From: an uncultured Weeksellaceae bacterium
GTDB lineage: Bacteria > Bacteroidota > Bacteroidia > Flavobacteriales > BACL11
Direction of reading: 5' to 3'
Assembly (NCBI GenBank): GCA_964478325.1
Contig: CAYZIA010000001.1
Location: 1 to 60,157, forward strand
DNA length: 60,157 nt
The notes under the pieces were generated by a model that saw only the letters and a list, made by a program, of their open reading frames with translations, did not search any database and was not told where the DNA came from. Both the position numbers and the translations under genes were made by a program. The first letter of the stretch is position 1; every line of letters begins with the position of its first letter. Shown here piece after piece: positions 9,166-16,687 of the stretch.

Positions 9166-10595
9166 GATTTTTTAAATTCATATTATTATTTATTTCTAGT
9201 GTAATTTTTGCACAAGAAAATATTGAGATAAAACATTTATCTACTGCAATCAATTCTATTGGAGCTGAGCTTAATTTTTTTCAGGATGAAGAAAGCCATG
9301 CCTTTTTTACAGCAATCAGAGAGGATAACAATAATTATGTTTCCTCTATTTATCATAGTAATTATCAATTAGATCAGTGGAGTAAGGGTAGTTATTTCTC
9401 TCCTTTCAATTCTGATTATTTGCAAAGCGGAAATCTTTTTATCACAAGAGATAAAATTGCTTATTTCACTTTTTGCAAAGGGGAAAATTGTGCAATCTAT
9501 AGTTCAAAATTCCAAAAAAAGAGATGGACAACCCCCAAAAAATTAGACGATAGAATTAACAAAATGGGGAGTACTTCTACTCAACCAAACATTGCAATAA
9601 TTGATAGTAAAGAATATTTGTATTTTGTTTCGGACAGAGAGGGAGGTTATGGAGGGCTGGATATTTGGATTTCTACTATTGATGAAGATGGGAATTTTGG
9701 TAGTCCTATAAATTTGGGAAATAAAATAAATAGTAAATACCATGAAATTACACCATTTTTTAATCACAGTTATGGTGAATTATATTTTAGCTCTGACAGA
9801 AAAGATGGTATGGGTGGATTTGACATTTACAAAGTAAAGGGTAATTTGACTTTGTGGGATACTCCTAATTTGTTAGCCGAGCCCTTTAATACTCCTTTTG
9901 ATGAAATGTATTTAAATTTTTTTACAGAAAATAAAGGCAGCTTTTCATCTAATCGTTTACCTTCAATTTATTTAGATAAGGGAAATTGTTGCAATGACAT
10001 TTTTTCTTTTGAAATAAAACGCCAAGAGACGACACCTCCTTCTGAAATTTCAAAGATAAATAATTATCTACCTCTTTCTTTATATTTTCATAATGACGAA
10101 CCTGATTGTTGCACTATGGAAACCACAACAAAGATTGGCTATAAGGAATCGTATATTTCTTATTTTTTATTAAAGCAGGAGTACATAGAAAAAAGTCATT
10201 CGACACAGATAGAGGATTTTTTTATAAATAAATTACAAGCCAATTTTAATAAATTGAATAATGTTTTGCTGAAAATAAAATTTGCTTTAGAAACAGAACA
10301 ACAGATAGAATTACAGATAAAAGGTTTTGCTAGCCCTCTTTTTACTTCTGATTATAATATCAATTTATCTAAAAGAAGAATTTCTTCTTTGTTAAATTAT
10401 ATGCATGAATTCCAAAATGGAAGTATTACCCAATATTTAAAAAATGAACAATTAGTTATTACAGAATTACCTTTTGGCGAATCGGTTTCTAATAAAAAAG
10501 TGAGCGATAATCCTAGAAATAAAAAGCTGTCGGTCTATAGTGTGGAAGCAGCAATGGAAAGAAAAATTGAAATTGTGAGAGTTAAAGTTAAATAG
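9162..10595 (+). CDS. PD40/TolB-like repeat protein with degenerate OmpA-like C-terminal domain
   Basis: The track ORF 9147..10595 starts at TTG. The ATG at 9162 gives an ATGA overlap with the PorP stop and a clean signal peptide (MRFFKFILLFISSVIFAQ). It has PD40-like repeats (YFVSDREGGYGGLDIW, YFSSDRKDGMGGFDIY). The C-terminal IKGFASPL..YNINLSKRRISSL resembles an OmpA-like peptidoglycan-binding domain. Confidence 0.7.
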   Translation: MRFFKFILLFISSVIFAQENIEIKHLSTAINSIGAELNFFQDEESHAFFTAIREDNNNYVSSIYHSNYQLDQWSKGSYFSPFNSDYLQSGNLFITRDKIAYFTFCKGENCAIYSSKFQKKRWTTPKKLDDRINKMGSTSTQPNIAIIDSKEYLYFVSDREGGYGGLDIWISTIDEDGNFGSPINLGNKINSKYHEITPFFNHSYGELYFSSDRKDGMGGFDIYKVKGNLTLWDTPNLLAEPFNTPFDEMYLNFFTENKGSFSSNRLPSIYLDKGNCCNDIFSFEIKRQETTPPSEISKINNYLPLSLYFHNDEPDCCTMETTTKIGYKESYISYFLLKQEYIEKSHSTQIEDFFINKLQANFNKLNNVLLKIKFALETEQQIELQIKGFASPLFTSDYNINLSKRRISSLLNYMHEFQNGSITQYLKNEQLVITELPFGESVSNKKVSDNPRNKKLSVYSVEAAMERKIEIVRVKVK

Positions 10596-10598
10596 TAA

Positions 10599-10850
10599 TT
10601 ACGCTTTAGAAATCGTAAATTCAAAAAACTCCATAATTTGATTACAAAGCATTTTTTTACATGCTTCATCTACTTTTGAAGTTGCATCTTGCTCATTGTT
10701 TGCTTCAATTTCTAAAGTAATGTGTTTGCCAATCCTTACATTCTTAATTTCTGCTAATCCAACATTTCCCATGCTCGCACTCACTGCTTTCCCTTGGGGA
10801 TCTAATAGTGATTTAAGTGGCATTACATCTATTTCGGCTCGGAACTTCAT
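10599..10850 (-). CDS. purS: phosphoribosylformylglycinamidine synthase subunit PurS
   Basis: 83-aa ORF. The pattern MKF.A.I.V..K...LDPQGKAV......G......VR.GK......EA....A...V is typical of PurS. The start overlaps the pssA stop as ATGA (10847-10850). Confidence 0.85.
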   Translation of the reverse strand: MKFRAEIDVMPLKSLLDPQGKAVSASMGNVGLAEIKNVRIGKHITLEIEANNEQDATSKVDEACKKMLCNQIMEFFEFTISKA

Positions 10851-11563
10851 ATTATAATGTTATTTAATAGTGATAAACTCAGGTACAAAACTACAATAAA
10901 TGGTATAGCAGCAAACCAAAAAAAGAAGAATAATATTAGTGAACTAATTATTAAAATAATTTTAAAGGTATTTACTCTAGATCTAAAGAATTCTTTTTTA
11001 TTAAATTTAAGTGAGAAGAATTGAATATTTGAGATTAAAAGTACAGGTAATAAAATAGAAGTGATGAGCAAGAATTGATCATTAGAGAACATAGGTATTC
11101 GTTCATATTCTATAGCTAACGCTGCTATAAATATGCCTAAAGCAGGTGTTGGAAGCCCAATAAAATAAGTGTTATGTTTATTGATATTGAATTTTGCTAA
11201 ACGAATTGCTGAACATATAGGCGTAAGGAGGCATAGTATAACAGGTGATAATAAGAGAGTCTCTGTTGAAGTTTCAAAAAGAGGGTTTGTTTTTTCTAAA
11301 GTAAATAATTTAAATAGAATCATGCTTGGCGCTACACCAAAAGTTATGATATCTGCGAATGAGTCCAATTGTTTCCCAAATTCGCTATACGCATTTAAAA
11401 TACGAGCACTAAGTCCATCAAGAAAATCTAAGAACGCACCTATGAGAATAAATCCTCCACTTAGGATAAGGTTTTCGCCAAACGCAAATATGATAGCACA
11501 TAATCCGCAAAATAAATTAGTAAGTGTAATAATATTTGGGATATTTCTTTTTATAGCATTCAT
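10847..11563 (-). CDS. pssA: CDP-diacylglycerol--serine O-phosphatidyltransferase
   Basis: 238-aa polytopic membrane ORF. It carries the CDP-alcohol phosphatidyltransferase motif DFLDGLSARILNAYSEFGKQLDSFADIITFGVAP. Confidence 0.88.
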   Translation of the reverse strand: MNAIKRNIPNIITLTNLFCGLCAIIFAFGENLILSGGFILIGAFLDFLDGLSARILNAYSEFGKQLDSFADIITFGVAPSMILFKLFTLEKTNPLFETSTETLLLSPVILCLLTPICSAIRLAKFNINKHNTYFIGLPTPALGIFIAALAIEYERIPMFSNDQFLLITSILLPVLLISNIQFFSLKFNKKEFFRSRVNTFKIILIISSLILFFFFWFAAIPFIVVLYLSLSLLNNIII

Positions 11564-11568
11564 ATCCG

Positions 11569-11576
11569 CAAAAATA
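11569..11576 (-). promoter_or_regulatory. putative Bacteroidota -7 promoter box (TAnnTTTG) upstream of pssA
   Basis: The complement of caaaaata reads TATTTTTG. Only 5 nt separate it from the pssA ATG (11563), which suggests a leaderless transcript or a coincidental match. Confidence 0.3.
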
Positions 11577-11596
11577 TGATAATATTTGTAATCGAT

Positions 11597-13135
11597 ATGA
11601 AGAATTTATTTTTAGCCATACTTAGTGGATTGTTACTTTCATTTTCTTGGCCTGAAATTGGCGTTTTCCCTATTTTATTTTTTGCGTTTGTTCCACTTTT
11701 AATATTGGAGGACGAATTACAAAATTCAAATGAAAACAAAAAAGGAAGAAAAATTTTTTGGCTCTCTTTTTTCGCATTTTTTATTTTTAATGTAATTACA
11801 ACTTACTGGGTATATCACGCTACACCTCTTGGTGCAATTGCTGCTTTTTTTGTGAATGCAGTCTTAATGGCGACAGCTTTTTATTTTTTTCATAAAGTTA
11901 AAACTGCAAGCAAAAATAGATTGGGATACTTTTCTTTTATTGTTCTTTGGATTTCAATGGAATATCTGAACCTAAATTGGGAATTGTCATGGCCTTGGCT
12001 GATATTAGGAAATGGATTTTCGAATATACCTGATATAGTGCAGTGGTATGAGTTTACTGGATTTTTAGGAGGTTCATTCTGGGTGTTATTGATGAATGTT
12101 TTAATATTCAAATTAGTACAAAATAAAAATGCAAAAGCACTAGTTTTACCTTGTTTATTGCTGATTTTACCATTACTATTTTCGTTCTTTCTTATCCCAA
12201 ATACGACAAATGAAGAGCAATTAGAAGTGTTGATTTTGCAGCCAAATGTGGATCCTTATACGGATAAGTTTAATGTAGGATACGAAAAGCAATTAGATGA
12301 ATTTATTACTCTTGCAAAAACTAAACTTAGTGAGGAAACTCAACTTTTAGTAGGTCCCGAAACTGCTCTTTTGGAAGAGATTTGGGAAAATAAATTTGAG
12401 GCAACCTATAGTGTTAGAAAATTTAGAGAATTACAAAAGCAATTTCCGAAATTGAACATAATTGTTGGGGCTTCTACTTATAAGATGTTTGGACATGGAG
12501 AGCAAAAAACAACAACTGCTCGTCAAATTAGAAATGAGAATATCTTTTATGATGCTTATAACTCAGCTATTTTTATTCCTAATGGGGATTCTGTTAAAGT
12601 CTATCATAAAACAAAATTAGTTCCAGGAGTTGAAAAAATGCCTTTTCCAAATGTATTGGATAAATTAGCAGAATTAGTTGTTGATTTAGGAGGAATGAGT
12701 GGTTCCTTAGGAAAAGAAAATACAATTCAAAATTTCTTAATTAATGATCAAAATATCCGTCCTCTTATTTGTTATGAAAGTATTTATGGAGAGATGAATT
12801 ATAAAGGTTCTGATTTGATTGCTATAATTACTAATGATGGTTGGTGGAAAAATTCAGCAGGTTATAGGCAGCATTTTTCTTATGCAAGTTTAAGGGCTAT
12901 AGAACAGAGAAAAACAATTGTTCGTTCTGCAAATACAGGGATTTCAGGAGTCATTGATGCAAAAGGAAAGATTTTGCAAAAAACAAAATGGGATGAAAAA
13001 ATTTGTATTACAGCAAATATTAACTTCAATCCTCAAACTACTTTTTATAGTCAGTTTGGCAACTATATTGGAAGGATAAGTATTTTTATCTCTATTTTAC
13101 TTTTAACAATAACATTTGTCAAGAATAAGTTATGA
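11597..13135 (+). CDS. lnt: apolipoprotein N-acyltransferase
   Basis: The track ORF starts at 11576. The ATG at 11597 (MKNLFLAILSGLLLSFSWPEIG) looks like the usual Lnt N-terminus. It has multiple N-terminal TM segments and a C-terminal nitrilase-fold CN-hydrolase domain with ICYESIYGE. Confidence 0.88.
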   Translation: MKNLFLAILSGLLLSFSWPEIGVFPILFFAFVPLLILEDELQNSNENKKGRKIFWLSFFAFFIFNVITTYWVYHATPLGAIAAFFVNAVLMATAFYFFHKVKTASKNRLGYFSFIVLWISMEYLNLNWELSWPWLILGNGFSNIPDIVQWYEFTGFLGGSFWVLLMNVLIFKLVQNKNAKALVLPCLLLILPLLFSFFLIPNTTNEEQLEVLILQPNVDPYTDKFNVGYEKQLDEFITLAKTKLSEETQLLVGPETALLEEIWENKFEATYSVRKFRELQKQFPKLNIIVGASTYKMFGHGEQKTTTARQIRNENIFYDAYNSAIFIPNGDSVKVYHKTKLVPGVEKMPFPNVLDKLAELVVDLGGMSGSLGKENTIQNFLINDQNIRPLICYESIYGEMNYKGSDLIAIITNDGWWKNSAGYRQHFSYASLRAIEQRKTIVRSANTGISGVIDAKGKILQKTKWDEKICITANINFNPQTTFYSQFGNYIGRISIFISILLLTITFVKNKL

Positions 13136-13140
13136 AAATG

Positions 13141-13170
13141 AAAAACCCACTCTAAAAGAATGGGTTTTTA
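13141..13170. terminator. bidirectional rho-independent terminator hairpin
   Basis: AAAAACCCA (13141-13149) pairs perfectly with TGGGTTTTT (13161-13169) around an 11-nt loop. An A-tract and a T-tract flank it. It sits between convergent lnt (+) and the 88-aa ORF (-). Confidence 0.6.
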
Positions 13171-13194
13171 AATTTTTAACAGAGAATTTTCTAA

Positions 13195-13461
13195 TTATTC
13201 TTTAGAATTATCATCAGATACGTCATCTACAGTTGTTTCTGCCTCTTCTGGCACTTCCTCTTCGGCTGCTTCTACTTCTTCTGTAATAGTTTCTGCCACA
13301 TCAACTTTCAAAGCATCTCCATTAATACTAGAGGTACTGATATTAAATGTCTTATTAATAGGACAAGTTGTCCCATCACTACATTCACAATTTAGAATAA
13401 ATAAGCCAAGGACAAATAAAATGCCCAATCCCCAAGTTAACGGTTTTTCCAAGTTTCCCAT
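13195..13461 (-). CDS. small hypothetical protein with hydrophobic N-terminus and acidic tail
   Basis: 88-aa ORF. It has an N-terminal hydrophobic stretch ending FILNC (lipobox-like), then a Glu/Asp-rich tail (EEVEAAEEEVPEEAETTVDDVSDD). I recognise no family. Confidence 0.45.
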   Translation of the reverse strand: MGNLEKPLTWGLGILFVLGLFILNCECSDGTTCPINKTFNISTSSINGDALKVDVAETITEEVEAAEEEVPEEAETTVDDVSDDNSKE

Positions 13462-13570
13462 AATTAATTATTTTTGGTTTGTATGTGGCTAAATTATAAA
13501 AAATAATTTAATAATCCATTTCAGTTTTTGTAAAGCAAAAAATATTTCAGAATAAATTCCTAAAAACCAT

Positions 13571-13578
13571 TACTTTTG
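13571..13578 (+). promoter_or_regulatory. putative -7 promoter box (TAnnTTTG) upstream of pabB
   Basis: TACTTTTG lies only 4 nt upstream of the GTG start at 13583. A second match, TATTTTTG at 13469..13476, lies about 106 nt upstream. Confidence 0.3.
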
Positions 13579-13582
13579 CTTT

Positions 13583-14893
13583 GTGCGAAATAGACATACG
13601 TATTATATTAAAAACAAAAAAGAGTTTACAGAGAAGTTGGTTTTTTGGGCTAAAAAGTATAAACATTCTTGCCTTTTAGATTCCAATAAACAAAACTTTA
13701 AAATGCCAAAAAACTATTTCGAATATGAGTTTCTTTTCGGAGTCGGAGCACATAAAATTTGTTGTTCAGAAAACAATTCTTTTGAAAGGTTAAAACACTT
13801 TTATAAGCAAAACAAAGACTGGATGTTTGGTTATTTTTCTTATGACTTAAAGAATGAAACAGAAAGTTTACGTTCTAACAATTTAGACAATATAGAATTG
13901 CCTAATCTCTATTTTTTTATTCCAAAAATTATTTTTACAACGAAGGAAGAAGTACTATATATAGATACTTTTATGGACAAAAAAGAAACAAATTCTATTG
14001 TTGAGGAAATTGAGAATCAATATTGTGATGAGGGATTCTTTGGAGGATTAAAAATACAGAAAAGAGAATCAGAGTTAGAATATTTAGAAAAAATAAAACA
14101 AATAAAAGCTCATATTAAAAGGGGAGATATTTATGAATTGAATTATTGTCAAGAGTTTTTTTCTGAGAATGTGGAGATAAATTCAGAAGCATTATTTTGC
14201 AGATTAAACAAAAAATCAAAAGCTCCATTTTCTGCTTTTTTATCTTTGGAAGATAAATACTTAATTTGCTCAAGTCCGGAACGTTTCTTAAGAAAAGATA
14301 ATCAAAAACTATTATCACAACCAATAAAAGGGACAAGGAAAAGAAGTTCTAAGAAAGAAATAGATTTTCAACTACAAACGGAGTTATTAAATAGCGCAAA
14401 AGACAAATCTGAGAATGTAATGATTGCTGATTTGGTAAGAAATGATTTATCAAAATGTGCGGAAAAAGCAAGTGTAAAAGTAGAGGAACTTTTTGGGGTT
14501 TACCCCTTTGAGCAAGTACATCAAATGATTAGTACAATAACAGCAGAATTATCAACTAAGTATCATTTTGTAGACGCTATAAAAGGAGCCTTTCCTATGG
14601 GCTCAATGACAGGCGCTCCCAAAAAGAAAGCAATGGAATTAATTGAGAAATTTGAAACTACAAAAAGAGGGCTTTTTTCTGGGAGTATCGGTTATATTAA
14701 ACCAAATTCTGATTTTGATTTTAATGTGGTAATCAGAAGTATTCTTTATAACTCAACAAAAAGGTATCTTTCTGTAATGGCTGGAGGTGCCATCACAAAT
14801 AAATCAATCCCAAAGGACGAATATGAAGAATGCCTTGTAAAAATAAAAACAATTTTGGAAATTGCATCAGGAGAAAAAGAAAGAGCAATATGA
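13583..14893 (+). CDS. pabB: aminodeoxychorismate synthase component I (chorismate-binding enzyme family)
   Basis: 436-aa ORF with a GTG start. Chorismate-utilising enzyme motifs are present: GDIYELNYCQEF, SPERFL, PIKGTRKR and FPMGSMTGAPK. PabB versus TrpE is inferred from size and the absence of trp neighbours. Confidence 0.8.
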   Translation: MRNRHTYYIKNKKEFTEKLVFWAKKYKHSCLLDSNKQNFKMPKNYFEYEFLFGVGAHKICCSENNSFERLKHFYKQNKDWMFGYFSYDLKNETESLRSNNLDNIELPNLYFFIPKIIFTTKEEVLYIDTFMDKKETNSIVEEIENQYCDEGFFGGLKIQKRESELEYLEKIKQIKAHIKRGDIYELNYCQEFFSENVEINSEALFCRLNKKSKAPFSAFLSLEDKYLICSSPERFLRKDNQKLLSQPIKGTRKRSSKKEIDFQLQTELLNSAKDKSENVMIADLVRNDLSKCAEKASVKVEELFGVYPFEQVHQMISTITAELSTKYHFVDAIKGAFPMGSMTGAPKKKAMELIEKFETTKRGLFSGSIGYIKPNSDFDFNVVIRSILYNSTKRYLSVMAGGAITNKSIPKDEYEECLVKIKTILEIASGEKERAI

Positions 14894-16203
14894 AAGAGCA
14901 ATTAGAGGAATATATTAAGAATAATCGTCTTTTTAAGTTAGGAGACAAGCTTTTGCTTAGCATTAGTGGTGGAGCAGATAGTGTTGCTTTGGCCTATCTT
15001 TTAAAAGAATTAAATTATAATTTCAGCTTGGCTCATTGTAATTTTGGCTTAAGAAATAAGGAGTCAGATAAGGATGAGGATTTTATAAAATCATTAGCAA
15101 AAGAAATGAATGTAGTTTGTTTTGTAAAAAACTTTAAAACAAAAGATTTTGCAGATCAAAATAAAATATCTATTCAGATGGCTGCAAGGGATTTACGATA
15201 CAATTGGTTTGAACAAGTTAGAAAACAAAATGATTTTGATTTTATCTTAACAGCACATCATAGAGATGATGATATAGAAACTTTTCTCATCAATCTTTTA
15301 AGGGGAACTTCGATAAAAGGCATGTTAGGAATTCATTCAAAAAAAAGAAAATTAGTAAGACCATTTTTATTTGCTAAAAAGCAAGAAATTTACGATTTTT
15401 TAGAAAGAAATAAGATAGAATTTCGTAAGGACAGCAGTAATAAAGATATAAAATATTTAAGAAATAAGATTCGGGAAAAACTGATTCCTTTACTTAAAGA
15501 AATAAATCCTTCTTTTAATGAAACACTCGTAAAAGAAAAAAACTATTTAAGAGCTGTATCATCAATTTATTTTACGGAAATTGAAAAGCAAAGAAAGAAA
15601 ATTCTAAAACAAAAAGAGAATTATTTTACCATTAGTAAAACAGAATTAAAAAAATTAAATCCGTTAGAAACATATCTTTATGAATTTTTAAAACCATTCG
15701 GATTTTCGAATATAGAGGGCATTGCTCGTACAATCTCTAACCAATCTGGCAAGCTCTTTTTCTCTTCTACTCATCGTATTACAATGGACAGAAAAGATTT
15801 GATAATTGAAGTTATTGGGCAAAATGAGAAGGCTCAAATTCTGATTGAAGAAGTTGATAACAAATGTTTATATCCATTACATTTAGAGTTTAGGATTTCA
15901 GATAATTTGGGAATAAAAAAAGATAAAGAGATTGCTGTTCTTGATTTTAATAAACTGAGATTTCCACTAATGCTAAGAAAATGGCAAGAAGGAGATTTTT
16001 TCACTCCTTCCGGTATGAAAGGCAAGAAGAAATTAAGTGACTTTTTTATCGACAATAAAATTTCAATCCCTGAAAAGGAACAAATTTGGTTACTTTGTTC
16101 AGCTAACGAGATTGTTTGGATAGTTGGGCATCGGATTTCCGAGAAATTTAAAATAACTGAAACCAGTAAAAAGGCGTATATTGTGCAACTTTTAAAAAAA
16201 TAA
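14890..16203 (+). CDS. tilS: tRNA(Ile)-lysidine synthase
   Basis: The track ORF starts at 14830 inside pabB. The ATG at 14890 forms an ATGA overlap with the pabB stop (14890-14893). It carries the PP-loop SISGGADSVALAYLL and a typical TilS C-terminal domain. Confidence 0.88.
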   Translation: MKEQLEEYIKNNRLFKLGDKLLLSISGGADSVALAYLLKELNYNFSLAHCNFGLRNKESDKDEDFIKSLAKEMNVVCFVKNFKTKDFADQNKISIQMAARDLRYNWFEQVRKQNDFDFILTAHHRDDDIETFLINLLRGTSIKGMLGIHSKKRKLVRPFLFAKKQEIYDFLERNKIEFRKDSSNKDIKYLRNKIREKLIPLLKEINPSFNETLVKEKNYLRAVSSIYFTEIEKQRKKILKQKENYFTISKTELKKLNPLETYLYEFLKPFGFSNIEGIARTISNQSGKLFFSSTHRITMDRKDLIIEVIGQNEKAQILIEEVDNKCLYPLHLEFRISDNLGIKKDKEIAVLDFNKLRFPLMLRKWQEGDFFTPSGMKGKKKLSDFFIDNKISIPEKEQIWLLCSANEIVWIVGHRISEKFKITETSKKAYIVQLLKK

Positions 16204-16204
16204 A

Positions 16205-16681
16205 ATGTCAGAAATTAAATTTGTAGAGAAACAATATTTAGGGCTAAACAAAATGTCACTTTCTAGAAGAATAACTTTAGCTCTTTTTTGTTTTGTAGGC
16301 TATTATTGGAAACAAAATAATGACAAAGAGGGTGAACTTTTTTTCTTCTTAGGAATTGCCATTTTAGTAATATCGATTTTGCTAGTTTTCATTCTTCATT
16401 TTGAAACGAAGGTGCAAAATAAAAGTATCATATTAGATGGCCTTTGGACTTCCAGAAAGGTCAAGATTGATTTAAATAGTATTCAATCGGCGAAAAAAGT
16501 AATGTATAGCAAATATATTTTGAATCGGTCTGTTTATAATTTGCATTTAAAAGGTACTATTCGTTTTTATACTAGAGGTCCCAATGCGGTCGAACTTATT
16601 GATAAAGATGGCTTAATTTACCTTATTGGGAGTCAAAATTCAGTAGAATTAGAAAGGATTATAAATCAAGAATTAAGCTAA
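16205..16681 (+). CDS. hypothetical membrane protein
   Basis: 158-aa ORF starting 2 nt after tilS, with two hydrophobic segments near the N-terminus. I recognise no family. Confidence 0.5.
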   Translation: MSEIKFVEKQYLGLNKMSLSRRITLALFCFVGYYWKQNNDKEGELFFFLGIAILVISILLVFILHFETKVQNKSIILDGLWTSRKVKIDLNSIQSAKKVMYSKYILNRSVYNLHLKGTIRFYTRGPNAVELIDKDGLIYLIGSQNSVELERIINQELS

Positions 16682-16687
16682 AAAAGA

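Noticed and set aside
11169-11579. A 136-aa ORF antisense to pssA, and many similar 60-130-aa track ORFs (e.g. 4152..4502, 53870..54262, 43816..44112, 21222..22286, 38811..39107).
   Set aside because: All lie entirely inside, and antisense or out of frame to, CDSs with strong family signatures. Their translations are low-complexity (Phe/Ile/Leu/Ser-rich) with no recognisable motifs. They are shadow ORFs expected in AT-rich DNA.
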